DNA of 64,000 nt from an uncultured Atopobium sp. (GCA_902373375.1 CABKMA010000001.1:862-64861); one strand, 5' to 3'. Positions 34,233 to 43,825 are shown, numbered from the stretch's first letter. Numbers and translations: made by a program. The notes: generated from the sequence alone by a model not told the origin.

Positions 34233-36443
34233 TTAGTCATCTTCATCGTCTAAAAAGCCTTGTTCAGCTGCGGAAATGGCATCAAAATACATCGTCATTT
34301 TGCGAGTGCGGCCTCGTGAGCCCTCAACCTCAACTTTGCGCTTCCCAATCGGACACCAATCCTGCTTCGTCCAGTACTGAATATCGCGTGCGGAAGGCTT
34401 CACTTCATACCCCTCCGGGTCTATGCGCGTGCCGATTCGCTCCAGCAGATCCTCTTGGGTGACGTATCCGTTATCATCCGCACAACCATCCGCCACCGCC
34501 CTGTCGTAAGCGTCTTGCATCAGCTCCGCCGCTTCCTTCTGGATGCGGTGGTTCTTCGCCAGCTTGCTCTCGCGTCCCTTGGCAAACGGGTCAGCGCCTT
34601 CCGTCTCAAACTTGGCGAGCATGCCTGTTGGATCATCGTAGAACCTCGGCCAGTTGAAGATAACGTCGCGCTCTGGCGGCGTCGGAAAGCTTCGTGTGGT
34701 CATGGATACGCGATACGCCGGGCAATCATTCAAGCGTGTACGCCTAAACTCCTCCGGAATCTCCAGCGGTGTAAAGTCACACATAGAGTCCGCGTCACGC
34801 GCATAAACGCCAGAACCACTCATGCGGTCCATTGCCTTCTTCTGTCCTGCGGTACCCTTTGGATGGTGGTGCGCGTAGACTACGGCACATCCGCACTCCT
34901 CGGTGATGCGGTCAATGGCGTTGGTGAACTCTGCCACCATGCGCGAATCGTTATCGTCTCCGCCATTGACCTTATAGACTGGGTCAACGATGACCATGGT
35001 GAAAAAACCCTTCTCGCCACGTGCCAAAACACGTCGAATTAAAAGGGGTGTTAAGTCCTTCATAAGGCGAGCCTTGCCGCGCAGATTCCATGAATAAAAA
35101 TTGGTCTTTAAATCATCGAGCGCGCCAGGCTGCTTATCACCGTGGCGGGCGTCCCAGACCGTGTGTAAGCGCTGTCTAAACTCATTCGCTTCGATTTCTA
35201 GATTTACGTATAAAACACGTCCTTTGATACATGGCATACCCAACCACGTGCTACCCGTGCAGACCGCCTCGGCTAAGTCAATGAGCGCATAGGATTTACC
35301 CATCTTGGAGTCGCCTGTCAGAATCATCTTCTGGCCCTGGCGTAGAAGTCCTGCGCCCTCGATACCGATAAGCGGTGCGTTTAACTCCACCGGCTCGTCC
35401 CAGTCTGAACAGTCTGCCTCGTCTGGCAAATCGTCTTCAGATTCGTCCGCCCACTTCTCCCATTCGTCCCAGTCCTTGCAGCCAATGTTGAGCTTTAGAA
35501 GTCTCTGACGGTTTTTGCCGCGTGTGATGCCTGGCATACGTGAGAGACGGCTGGGATTTTTGTTGGCCATGTCCGGCGAGAATTTACGACGCGCGCAGAA
35601 CTGATAGAGCTTCTCCACGCGCTTTCTGTACAGACTTTCATCGCTTCCCGCGTCAATGTGGACGATAGCGTGAACGCTTTTGTTACCGCTTGATACCACG
35701 GCCACACACGGAAGCTTCATTGCCTGGATCATGCCAAGCTGCTTTTCTACTTCCAGTGTGTCAGACTCAACAAGGGCATATCTAAACTCTGTAATGTTTT
35801 GGTTGGAGCGTCCCTTACCATCTACCGGATTAAAGCAGATCCATGCGCCAGCCTCCGGGTTCCAATCGCCCAGCACTTTGCCAAGGTCTCCGCCGCACTT
35901 GGCGAGCTCCTCTCGAAGCTCGCCTGCGGTCCTGTCCCAGTGGCCACGCTTAGGCATGTAGCGCCCATCTTTTTCGTAGACCTCATTGACGTAGCACACA
36001 CGGTCAGAATCCTCAAACACTGCCGCCAGGTAGTCCGTCAAGTCCTTAGCTTGGTCCCACTCACCGTCCATAACATCGACGTCAACCTCGTCCGCCCAAT
36101 CTGGTGTAATGCCAGAAACGTCGCCTGGGTCAATGATCTCATCATCCCATCCAATGGCGTAACTTTTCACACCTGGAGACCATCCACGAGCACGCGCGAA
36201 CGCGATAATGGTTCCGCTCTTAATACGTGACGGTGAGTTACCGAAGCTCTTCCACTTGCACTCACACTCGCCCTCGTGGTAGCGGTAAATGTCCATACGA
36301 CTCCACGCGTCCCAGTCCTGCCATGAAAAGCCAGACTCATGTAGCGCCATGCCACAGTCCACCCACTGTTGGTAGTCAAGCTCGGAGGGGTCTATCCAAT
36401 TAAGCGCTTCCAAGAGGTCTTTGTGGTCGTCTCTATTCCCCAT
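34233..36443 (-). CDS. Primase-helicase (PriCT-2 + primase + AAA_25/RepA-like ATPase)
   Basis: YQQWVDCGMAL..WDAWS, ALVESD, SGNKSVHA, NPSRLSRMPG, GDSKMGKS, VDPVYK, HHHPKG. Confidence 0.88.
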   Translation of the reverse strand: MGNRDDHKDLLEALNWIDPSELDYQQWVDCGMALHESGFSWQDWDAWSRMDIYRYHEGECECKWKSFGNSPSRIKSGTIIAFARARGWSPGVKSYAIGWDDEIIDPGDVSGITPDWADEVDVDVMDGEWDQAKDLTDYLAAVFEDSDRVCYVNEVYEKDGRYMPKRGHWDRTAGELREELAKCGGDLGKVLGDWNPEAGAWICFNPVDGKGRSNQNITEFRYALVESDTLEVEKQLGMIQAMKLPCVAVVSSGNKSVHAIVHIDAGSDESLYRKRVEKLYQFCARRKFSPDMANKNPSRLSRMPGITRGKNRQRLLKLNIGCKDWDEWEKWADESEDDLPDEADCSDWDEPVELNAPLIGIEGAGLLRQGQKMILTGDSKMGKSYALIDLAEAVCTGSTWLGMPCIKGRVLYVNLEIEANEFRQRLHTVWDARHGDKQPGALDDLKTNFYSWNLRGKARLMKDLTPLLIRRVLARGEKGFFTMVIVDPVYKVNGGDDNDSRMVAEFTNAIDRITEECGCAVVYAHHHPKGTAGQKKAMDRMSGSGVYARDADSMCDFTPLEIPEEFRRTRLNDCPAYRVSMTTRSFPTPPERDVIFNWPRFYDDPTGMLAKFETEGADPFAKGRESKLAKNHRIQKEAAELMQDAYDRAVADGCADDNGYVTQEDLLERIGTRIDPEGYEVKPSARDIQYWTKQDWCPIGKRKVEVEGSRGRTRKMTMYFDAISAAEQGFLDDEDD

Positions 36444-36912
36444 GGTTATTCACCACGCCAATGAGTGCGCGATAGAAAGGCATGATTTTTGTAAATGCCG
36501 CATTCAATGACATATCGACGACCTCAATACCACACGCCTCGGCCACGCGGTTTTCAATCTGCGCGCCTTTGCTTTTCACCCATCCAGGAAGCAAAATCAT
36601 CACCCCATACATCGGATAATAGGGCTCGTCTTCACCGTCTCGGACTCTAAGCGATAGAGCCTGTAGGCATGTGGCCATGGCGGCCTCGTATGGAGAGTCC
36701 GAAGGTATTTCTGTGGCGGGGTTGAACACCATGCCATCGCTTACTTTATGCAGAACTTTCTCCATGAAGACGAAGGGGCATCTGTAACCCTTCACGCCAG
36801 TAATTGGTCCAGAGAGATACACGTTTTTACCCTTTAGAAAATAAAGGTCGCTCTCCGTGACATCTTCTGCAGCAAGCTCCGCGAGCTTGTCTGTGTATTC
36901 ATCGAGGTTCAT
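36433..36912 (-). CDS. DUF4406-like (nucleoside deoxyribosyltransferase-fold) protein
   Basis: VYLSGPITG, FNPA, LLPGW.KSKGA.IE..VA. Confidence 0.8.
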   Translation of the reverse strand: MNLDEYTDKLAELAAEDVTESDLYFLKGKNVYLSGPITGVKGYRCPFVFMEKVLHKVSDGMVFNPATEIPSDSPYEAAMATCLQALSLRVRDGEDEPYYPMYGVMILLPGWVKSKGAQIENRVAEACGIEVVDMSLNAAFTKIMPFYRALIGVVNNHGE

Positions 36913-37148
36913 TGCTTCTCACCTTCTTCAAGATCTGTTACATCAATTACGATTGACGATTCATCGTCTTCACCCTCGTGAGCGTTGTAAAACTTGCGAG
37001 CTTCTTCTATCGCTCTCTCGCTACCTAAGTCATCAGCAATCTGAATAATCGACTTGATACCTTGGCAAAATCCAGCGTGTCTATACCTTGTTGCGATTTC
37101 TGCAAGCATAGTATCGAATACTGAAATTTCGAAATCTTCATGATCCAT
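36909..37148 (-). CDS. Hypothetical phage protein
   Basis: Start MDHEDF after AAGGAG; overlaps neighbours by TAATG/ATGA. Confidence 0.55.
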   Translation of the reverse strand: MDHEDFEISVFDTMLAEIATRYRHAGFCQGIKSIIQIADDLGSERAIEEARKFYNAHEGEDDESSIVIDVTDLEEGEKQ

Positions 37149-37350
37149 TAGTGCTCCTTTTGATCTAGTTCTAAGCCGATGTAAACAAAAAAGCCACCTA
37201 CAAACGCACCACACAAGGCAGTTATTGCGCTAATGGCATAGTCCCAGTCGCCTGTTGCTGGCGTTGAGGTTGTCTGAGCCTTTGCGTGCCTGGGATAAAG
37301 ACCAGGCACGCAAAGACAGCAACAGCCAGCCATTGAAGAATCTTCTTCAT
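37148..37350 (-). pseudogene. Frameshifted remnant: signal peptide fused to an LPxTG-like sorting signal
   Basis: MKKILQWLAVAVFACLVFIPG in one frame, AKAQTTSTPATGD plus TM in another; AGAAAGG RBS. Confidence 0.55.
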
Positions 37351-37387
37351 GGTGAAAACCTTTCTTTAGTTGTTAAAAATAGGGAAT

Positions 37388-37459
37388 TTATGCGCTCATA
37401 ACAAAAGCAATACCAGCGAGAATGCAGAAAATTAAAATAACAATGTCTTCAGCACCCAT
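37388..37459 (-). CDS. 23-aa hydrophobic peptide MGAEDIVILIFCILAGIAFVMSA
   Basis: Hand translation; AAGGGAG RBS; below ORF-track cutoff. Confidence 0.5.
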   Translation of the reverse strand: MGAEDIVILIFCILAGIAFVMSA

Positions 37460-37510
37460 GTGGGTCTCCCTTCTATTCGATTGTTAAAAATAAGGAATTA
37501 AAATAAATCG

Positions 37511-37639
37511 TTATTTATCTTGCAGAAATTCATTCATTTTTCTTACTATGTAAACAGCAACTGGGAAAAAAGCAGCTATTGCAAGTAGACAAAAAATCAT
37601 GAAGAAAAAACTAAAGAATACTTCTCCGATATTTTCCAT
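37511..37639 (-). CDS. 42-aa single-TM peptide MENIGEVFFSFFFMIFCLLAIAAFFPVAVYIVRKMNEFLQDK
   Basis: Hand translation; AGGAGGT RBS. Confidence 0.55.
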   Translation of the reverse strand: MENIGEVFFSFFFMIFCLLAIAAFFPVAVYIVRKMNEFLQDK

Positions 37640-37647
37640 TTAACCTC

Positions 37648-37845
37648 CTAAATACAATCAGATTTAACTAAGTCAAAAGTTATTCTAGAAGTGGCTACAA
37701 AAGAACTAAGAACCAGCACGGGAAGTGCGACATTATGCTTAACGTTTTCCCAAAGAAACAAAGCGGCTAGAAACATTCCACATGTAACGCAGAAAACCAA
37801 GAAATAAATGTCAATAAAAACCAGCAATACTTTAATTGCTTTCAT
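37648..37845 (-). CDS. Small two-TM phage protein
   Basis: Hydrophobic 65 aa; AAGGAG RBS. Confidence 0.55.
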   Translation of the reverse strand: MKAIKVLLVFIDIYFLVFCVTCGMFLAALFLWENVKHNVALPVLVLSSFVATSRITFDLVKSDCI

Positions 37846-38029
37846 CGCTCTCCTTCATCTTGCCCCATGAGCAAAAGCCGTCTGGGTTAAATTCTTTGCC
37901 AACACAACCGCCGAAAAAGTGATGTTCTGTTGCCCAAAACTTGCAATCTCGACATCTCACGATTGGTTCGTTAGTGAGCCAAAACTTACTGATACCGTTA
38001 GTACCACCGACGTATTCGAACTCTTTCAT
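37832..38029 (-). CDS. Small Cys-rich (Zn-binding) phage protein
   Basis: IVRCRDCK...C...PDGFCSWG motif. Confidence 0.65.
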   Translation of the reverse strand: MKEFEYVGGTNGISKFWLTNEPIVRCRDCKFWATEHHFFGGCVGKEFNPDGFCSWGKMKESDESN

Positions 38030-38241
38030 TGCTGATCCTTCCACGCCAGCTTCTTGTAATGCTCGATTGCTGCTTTCATCTCTTCAACAAGAGGACCATG
38101 GTCTATTTTTAATGTTCCTACTTGAGACGCTTTGACGATGTAATCAGCCCGTATCTCTAAAGCTTTCAAGTACAGTTCATCAGCTGTTGGTTTGCGCTCT
38201 GTCACAACGGGAATGCGATAGTTCCAAGTGTTAGGATTCAT
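38026..38241 (-). CDS. Hypothetical phage protein
   Basis: Start MNPNTW; overlaps neighbouring genes. Confidence 0.5.
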   Translation of the reverse strand: MNPNTWNYRIPVVTERKPTADELYLKALEIRADYIVKASQVGTLKIDHGPLVEEMKAAIEHYKKLAWKDQQ

Positions 38242-38572
38242 CACGCACCACCCTTGCGCCACAGTCGGGACAGTACGGGCGGAAACACCAATAATCTTCT
38301 TCCGACTCGTACTCACCTGCGAGTATATGGTCGCAGTTGCCACAGCAGGCGTGACCGTCTTGAATTTTTAATTCGCATGTAGGGTCGATTAAGTCGGCTA
38401 GACGGTTAAAAAATGGCTCATATTGTGCGCTGTCATCTGTGTCGATTATCTCGTCAACCGTATCAAACGCAGCGTTTTCATCAAGCCAATCTTTAGCACC
38501 ATTTGGATACTCTTTATCAAACGTCCTTGCAGCTTCTCGCAGCTTCTTTGCTACTTCTTCACGGTTAGTCAT
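38231..38572 (-). CDS. Phage protein with C-terminal zinc ribbon
   Basis: REEVAKKLRE...RLADLIDPTC, C.NC...YCPDCGARV. Confidence 0.65.
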   Translation of the reverse strand: MTNREEVAKKLREAARTFDKEYPNGAKDWLDENAAFDTVDEIIDTDDSAQYEPFFNRLADLIDPTCELKIQDGHACCGNCDHILAGEYESEEDYWCFRPYCPDCGARVVRDES

Positions 38573-39059
38573 CGCAATCACCTAGCATTTCGATTTGGTC
38601 GGCGATTTCCCAAAGCTTCGATGTCGCTTCTTTGTTCATAATGGTGTTTTGGCTTAGAGTGCGCCTAATCTCGCCGACCAGTGATGCGATTGTTACTGGC
38701 TTTTTGTGTGTGAGCTCGTCGGGGCGGTACGTGGAATAGTTACCATCGGTACGAGCATAAATACAAGCACCATCAAACGGGAATCTGAATTCGCTAACTT
38801 CCCATTCTATTCCAAAGTCGTCATATACCACGTCGCCAATGCGAATAACCTCGCCGTCTTTATCTAACGGTAGTTCAATCATGTTGGATGTGTCGCAGAG
38901 GTCGAGAATGACTTGAATCATTGTTTCTACATCTTCGTTGTATCTCGTTGTTCTAGGTACACTCTTGCCTGTTATCGCAGTGTAAAGTGTACGGTCACAA
39001 AAATCGTTAATATCCTTTAATCTCTCAGCGATTGCTGCACGCTCTTGTTTAGTTAGCAT
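38565..39059 (-). CDS. Hypothetical phage protein
   Basis: AAAGGAG RBS; LPLDKDGEVIRIGD motif. Confidence 0.6.
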   Translation of the reverse strand: MLTKQERAAIAERLKDINDFCDRTLYTAITGKSVPRTTRYNEDVETMIQVILDLCDTSNMIELPLDKDGEVIRIGDVVYDDFGIEWEVSEFRFPFDGACIYARTDGNYSTYRPDELTHKKPVTIASLVGEIRRTLSQNTIMNKEATSKLWEIADQIEMLGDCDD

Positions 39060-39070
39060 TACTGCTCCTT

Positions 39071-40657
39071 TCAGTTGTTTGGGTTATACGTTGCGGGGTT
39101 AATGTCGCGCGGAACAATCCAGCGGTTCATGGCTAAGCGACTCATCATGTGGCTGGCTTGCTCAAACGTCCAAAGCCCCGGATGCTGGAAGCCCTTGCGC
39201 TCTAACATGCGCACCTGCTTAGGTGTGGCCAAGTGTGCGTCAATACGCTCGTGCGCTTTCTTCAGCACCAACTCCGCGTATCCCTGCGTCATGCCGGCTG
39301 GGTCAATGCCAAGCTTCTCCAGCTGCTCAGATTGCGCCTCTGTGGCTGGATTTTCTTCCCACGCAAACGATGGCTCGAAGGTCTGTAGATCTAAATCGCA
39401 AATACTGACCGCGTACTGAAGAGGGTTCACGAACTGCGCTTTGCGTTTGCGCATACGCTCCAGCTCTGCCGCCACCGCAAGCTCACGCTCAAGGGCCACG
39501 TCTTGCTCGGCGATTGGCTCGGCTCCCATAAGGTCAACTGCGCCGCCTGTCTCCTGTGTCATCTCGGTAATGCGCTTAGCTACGTCATCAGACGTGGCGA
39601 AGAGCGCAGCCGGGCGCACCAAATTGTGGCGTCCGGTCATCCACAGAAAGTCGAGCAGAAGAAGCTTCTCTTTGCCTGTCTCAGGCGAGAGACGCGTTCC
39701 ACGGCCTACCATCTGAACATATAAGCTTCGGCTCTTGGTTGGACGAAGGCACACGATACAATCCACTGCGGGACAGTCCCAGCCTTCCGTGAGCAGCATG
39801 GAATTGCAGAGTACTTGGTATTTTCCGCGGTTGAAGTCCGAGAGAATCTCCTCGCGGTCTTCGCTTTGTCCATCCACTTCGCACGCCGTGAGCCCGCGCT
39901 GGGTAAGCTTCTTCGTGAACTTCTTAGCTGTTCTAATGAGTGGCAAAAACACCACCGTGCGTCTGTCCTGGCAGCGCGTAACCATAGCGTCCGCGATTGC
40001 GTCCAGGTATGGCTCTAGCGCGTCTCCAAGTTGTCCTGCTTGGTAGTCGCCATGCGTTACTGATACGCTCGACAGGTCAACCTGTAGAGGTACCATCTCG
40101 GCTTCAATGGGACACAAGTAACCATCGTTGATGGCGTGCGCCATGTCGTACTCGTAGGCGATGGAATCGTATACCTCGCCGAGGTCTTTGCGGTCTGCTC
40201 TGTCGGCGGTTGCGGTAACACCTAGAACATTGGCGCTATTAAAGTGGTCGAGGATGCGAGTGTAGCCTTCCGCCAGTGTGTGGTGAGCTTCATCAACCAC
40301 AATGCAGTCGAAGGCATCTGGTCTAAATTGAGAAAGCCGGCTCTCGCGCATGAGCGTTTGAACCGAGCCGACCGTAACCGACGTCCACGAGTTGAGACTT
40401 GTATTCTCCGCTTTCTCAAGCGCACATTTCAGATTGGCAGTTTGCTCAATCTTCGTCGCGGCTTGCTCCAAGAGCTCACCGCGGTGTGCCAGGATAAGGG
40501 AACGCCCGCCGCGTGATGCCACACGACGGACGACCTCGGCGAAGCATATGGTCTTACCCGTTCCGGTTGCTTGAACCAGCAACGTGCGCTTTCGACCTTG
40601 CTCCCACTCTCTGAACACTGACTCAACCGCCTCGACCTGATAGGGTCTCAGCTCCAT
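39071..40657 (-). CDS. Superfamily 2 (DEAD/DEAH, ResIII-like) helicase
   Basis: LRPYQ, ATGTGKT, DEAHH, TAT, LTEGWD.P, QMVGRGTR. Confidence 0.92.
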   Translation of the reverse strand: MELRPYQVEAVESVFREWEQGRKRTLLVQATGTGKTICFAEVVRRVASRGGRSLILAHRGELLEQAATKIEQTANLKCALEKAENTSLNSWTSVTVGSVQTLMRESRLSQFRPDAFDCIVVDEAHHTLAEGYTRILDHFNSANVLGVTATADRADRKDLGEVYDSIAYEYDMAHAINDGYLCPIEAEMVPLQVDLSSVSVTHGDYQAGQLGDALEPYLDAIADAMVTRCQDRRTVVFLPLIRTAKKFTKKLTQRGLTACEVDGQSEDREEILSDFNRGKYQVLCNSMLLTEGWDCPAVDCIVCLRPTKSRSLYVQMVGRGTRLSPETGKEKLLLLDFLWMTGRHNLVRPAALFATSDDVAKRITEMTQETGGAVDLMGAEPIAEQDVALERELAVAAELERMRKRKAQFVNPLQYAVSICDLDLQTFEPSFAWEENPATEAQSEQLEKLGIDPAGMTQGYAELVLKKAHERIDAHLATPKQVRMLERKGFQHPGLWTFEQASHMMSRLAMNRWIVPRDINPATYNPNN

Positions 40658-40659
40658 AA

Positions 40660-41262
40660 TTACAGCCCCTGATACTGGCTAGGCTGTGGCGCTACCTGTT
40701 GAGGTTGTATAACGCTCTGGGCAGGAATTGTGGCCTGCTGTGGCTGTGGAGCGTACACTGCCTGCGCCTGTGTTAGTGGCTGAGCGTAGTACGCAGCGGG
40801 AGCGGCCTGTGGCATTGGAGCTGGCGCGGGTGCGGCTGCTGAATCTGGAACGATGAAGTCGTCCACATCGTTGTAATCCTTGCCGTTATAGACGCGCGTC
40901 TTGATTCTGCACTTGCCGCTCTTGCCGATGATATTGTTCCAGTCAACGTGGAACTTCTGGCCTTTACTGTCACCCGCGGGCATATCTCCGATGGACTTGG
41001 CAAACTTAGAAAGCTTGAAAGCTACCGCGCTAGACAAGAACAAGTTAGTATATACCGTGGTCTCCTGGACGCCGTTTGTACATTGAAGCGTCAGCTTGGC
41101 CATGGAGCAAGCGTCCATCTTGTCGCTACCGTCGAAGTGTCCGCGCTCGAAGCCTGTGATGGTGAAGTCGTAGATTCCAGGCGTGAGCAGAATAAACTCT
41201 GGCTCTCCTGGGTCGATGATCTCGTCGTCCCAACCGATTGCGTAACCTTTGGAATTAGCCAT
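40660..41262 (-). CDS. Putative single-stranded DNA-binding protein (DUF669-like)
   Basis: LL.PG.YDF.I, DWNNIIGKSG.C.I...YNG..YN; Pro/Gln/Ala tail; lies between Sak4-like ATPase and helicase. Confidence 0.65.
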   Translation of the reverse strand: MANSKGYAIGWDDEIIDPGEPEFILLTPGIYDFTITGFERGHFDGSDKMDACSMAKLTLQCTNGVQETTVYTNLFLSSAVAFKLSKFAKSIGDMPAGDSKGQKFHVDWNNIIGKSGKCRIKTRVYNGKDYNDVDDFIVPDSAAAPAPAPMPQAAPAAYYAQPLTQAQAVYAPQPQQATIPAQSVIQPQQVAPQPSQYQGL

Positions 41263-41297
41263 GTTTTATCTCCTTTTTCTAGCTAATAAATACCGAT

Positions 41298-42425
41298 TTA
41301 ATTGAACGGAACAGGCGCACTCTTTGCCGCTTCAATGGCACGTGCAGGCAGGATGTACTTGTTCATGACGGTGTCCCAGCCACTCACAAGGTAATCTGCG
41401 AAGCCTTCCGGGTAATCCACAGGCGAGCACTCCGCAGGGAAGTTGCCCGTCTTGCCGACGGCATCGCGAAGTTCTGCGTCTGTAACCTTGTTGGCCACCA
41501 TCAGATCTACAAGCTTCTTCATACGCTCTGGGTAATCTGGCGCGATGTATTCGCTTGTTGTGGTTGTTGTTGTGGTTGTTGTGGTCGGCTCAGCCTGTAC
41601 AGGCGCTGCTGGCGCGGCTGGAGCGACTGGCGCAGTCTGTGGCGCTGTCGTGGCCACCGGAGCCACTGGAGCGGCCGCAGCTTGTTCTGCCACCATGTCC
41701 GGGATAACCTCGCCCAGCTGTACAGGCATCTCGCCTAGCTTCAGTGGAAGCTCGTCAGGTAGTCCGAAGCGGTTCTTTGCGTCCCACGTGGGGGCGTGCG
41801 TGGTGCGGATAACACGCGCTCCGCCTGTGGCTTTAGCCTTGCCGGACTTGTTTGTCTCGACGTAGGTCTTATAATCGCAGAAGAGCACCATGTCCGCCCA
41901 CTCTTTAACCATGGGCGATACTTGCTTCGTGAGCTTCAACTCGAAGCGGTCATAGGCGCCTGACTCGTCAGGGCGTTCAAACTTGCGCATGGTTGAGTGT
42001 CCCAGGACTACAACGTTAATGCCTGAAGCGGCGGTGTCCGTGAGGTAGTCGAGTAAGCGGCCAAACTCCTCTTGGAGGATGGTATAACCTTTCCCGTAAC
42101 CCCATTCTTCGATGCTCTTCTTACCATCGCGCGCCATGATGTACTCCGCGCACATGCGCTCGGCTGCGTCCATGGTGTCGATAACTACCGTAGAACACGG
42201 AACCTCGCGGTTCTTAATGGCGGTAAGTTCTGCGCGAAGCATCGACCAACTTGAAGGTGATTCAAATCGTACAACTGGCAGCTGGTTTGTGCCACCCTCC
42301 AAGTCGATGAAGATTGGGTTTGGCCACATAGCCGCGAGGGTGGACTTACCAATGCCCTCGGGGCCGTAAATCAGCGTTTTAATTGCGGTACGCTGCACTC
42401 CGCTAATAACATTAAACTGTGCCAT
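41298..42425 (-). CDS. AAA_24 (Sak4-like) ATPase/recombinase
   Basis: IYGPEGIGKST, IDLEGG, VIDT.D, GYGKGY, EWAD, WDAKNR. Confidence 0.85.
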   Translation of the reverse strand: MAQFNVISGVQRTAIKTLIYGPEGIGKSTLAAMWPNPIFIDLEGGTNQLPVVRFESPSSWSMLRAELTAIKNREVPCSTVVIDTMDAAERMCAEYIMARDGKKSIEEWGYGKGYTILQEEFGRLLDYLTDTAASGINVVVLGHSTMRKFERPDESGAYDRFELKLTKQVSPMVKEWADMVLFCDYKTYVETNKSGKAKATGGARVIRTTHAPTWDAKNRFGLPDELPLKLGEMPVQLGEVIPDMVAEQAAAAPVAPVATTAPQTAPVAPAAPAAPVQAEPTTTTTTTTTTSEYIAPDYPERMKKLVDLMVANKVTDAELRDAVGKTGNFPAECSPVDYPEGFADYLVSGWDTVMNKYILPARAIEAAKSAPVPFN

Positions 42426-43822
42426 TAGAGTCCCTTCCACTGTTGAGTTACAGGCTGCGTCTGTGTGGCTGGCTGTTCCGCGTCGCCGTCCCAATCAAGC
42501 GCGTGGGACTTCTCCGGAGTTGGCTCTGCGAGGTCTTGGCCTTCAATGCGACCGTCCACAATAACAACGGTGCAGGAGTCGTCAGTGGCTACACGGGTAC
42601 CAATAATCTGCAACCCCTCGCCTTTCGCCCACTCACCGAACTTCGCGAGCTCGTCAGTGTCGAACTGCTCAAGCTTATCGACCAATACAAAACCACATTC
42701 TGGCTTGGTGGCGCGAACGATTGCGGTAGCCACGACCAACTGCTCAGCTCCACTCATGTCGCCCCATGTATGATCCTTGTAGGTGAGCGCGCCCTCGTCA
42801 TCAATAGACAGTTCTGGCAGTGGTAGCGGTGCGCCGTCGAGAAGTCCGCGACGCTTTGCGCGCAGGTCTTCAAGTTTCTGTGTAAGACCGTCGTACTCTT
42901 GCTCTACGCGAAGCGCTTCCGCGTCTGCTTCCGCCTTCGCTTGGTTGTCGCGCACCTGATTGTTAATCGTCTCAATGTTTGCGATGGACGCTTCGATTTC
43001 CTCGGTGCTTTCAAGAACCAACTCGGCGGTGCTCTGTGCTAGGACCTTCGCCTTTTCTTCAGCTTCCTCGGCTTCCTTTGTGCGTCTAGCCAACTCGGCG
43101 CGTGCTTCTGTGAGTTGCTGCTCTAGATCTGCCACGCGCATATTAGAGGCGCTTACCGCTGTGCGCGCAAACTCCGCTTTCTTTGCGGTGTCTTCCGCGT
43201 CTTGCTTGGCTTTCAATTTCTCGCCGTTGCGTGCCAGGATTGCTTGCTGCTCCTGGATAAGCTCGGCAGCGCTCACTGGCTCGGCTGGTGCGTCCTGGTG
43301 GTGTGGAAGCTTCTCAGCGTGTGCGCGCTTTGCCTTGGCGTCTCGACCAACCAGTTGGCGGTCTTGGAAGGTTGCGCGAATTGAACCGTCAATCTTCGCG
43401 AGCTCCGCATCAATGCCAAGCGTCTGCAGAAGCGCGGTTGCTTTGTCGGCGTCCGAGCCGTTCATGAAGCGCGGAATATTGAGCGCCAACTGACTGATAA
43501 ATTCATTTAGTAGTTGCTGGCCGGCTTTCTTTCCCGTTGTGTCGGTGACGTGAAGCGAGCCGTTCTTACCCTTACGCTCAACCACGATGCCGTTAGACAG
43601 CTCGACGCGCAGCCTTGCAGGTGTTGCTCCGCCTTTGCGGTTTGGGTCGGAAGGCTTCATCTTGTCGCCACCGAGCGCCCATGCGAGGGCGTCGAGTACG
43701 CTCGTCTTGCCCTGGGCGTTCTTACCACCGATGACGGTGAGCCCGTCCTGGGCTGGTTCCAACTCGACGGCGTGAATACGCTTGACGTTTTCCAACTCAA
43801 GCGATGCAATCTTTACACTCAT
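42425..43822 (-). CDS. SMC/Rad50-like ATPase with long coiled coil
   Basis: ENVKRI, GKNAQGKTS, MSGAEQL signature, VLVDKLE. Confidence 0.85.
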   Translation of the reverse strand: MSVKIASLELENVKRIHAVELEPAQDGLTVIGGKNAQGKTSVLDALAWALGGDKMKPSDPNRKGGATPARLRVELSNGIVVERKGKNGSLHVTDTTGKKAGQQLLNEFISQLALNIPRFMNGSDADKATALLQTLGIDAELAKIDGSIRATFQDRQLVGRDAKAKRAHAEKLPHHQDAPAEPVSAAELIQEQQAILARNGEKLKAKQDAEDTAKKAEFARTAVSASNMRVADLEQQLTEARAELARRTKEAEEAEEKAKVLAQSTAELVLESTEEIEASIANIETINNQVRDNQAKAEADAEALRVEQEYDGLTQKLEDLRAKRRGLLDGAPLPLPELSIDDEGALTYKDHTWGDMSGAEQLVVATAIVRATKPECGFVLVDKLEQFDTDELAKFGEWAKGEGLQIIGTRVATDDSCTVVIVDGRIEGQDLAEPTPEKSHALDWDGDAEQPATQTQPVTQQWKGL

Positions 43823-43825
43823 GTA

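Noticed and set aside
41553..41700. Thr run and Ala/Pro repeats in the AAA_24 gene as a contingency locus
   Set aside because: Mixed ACA/ACC codons in a low-complexity linker; in frame, no phase-variation signature
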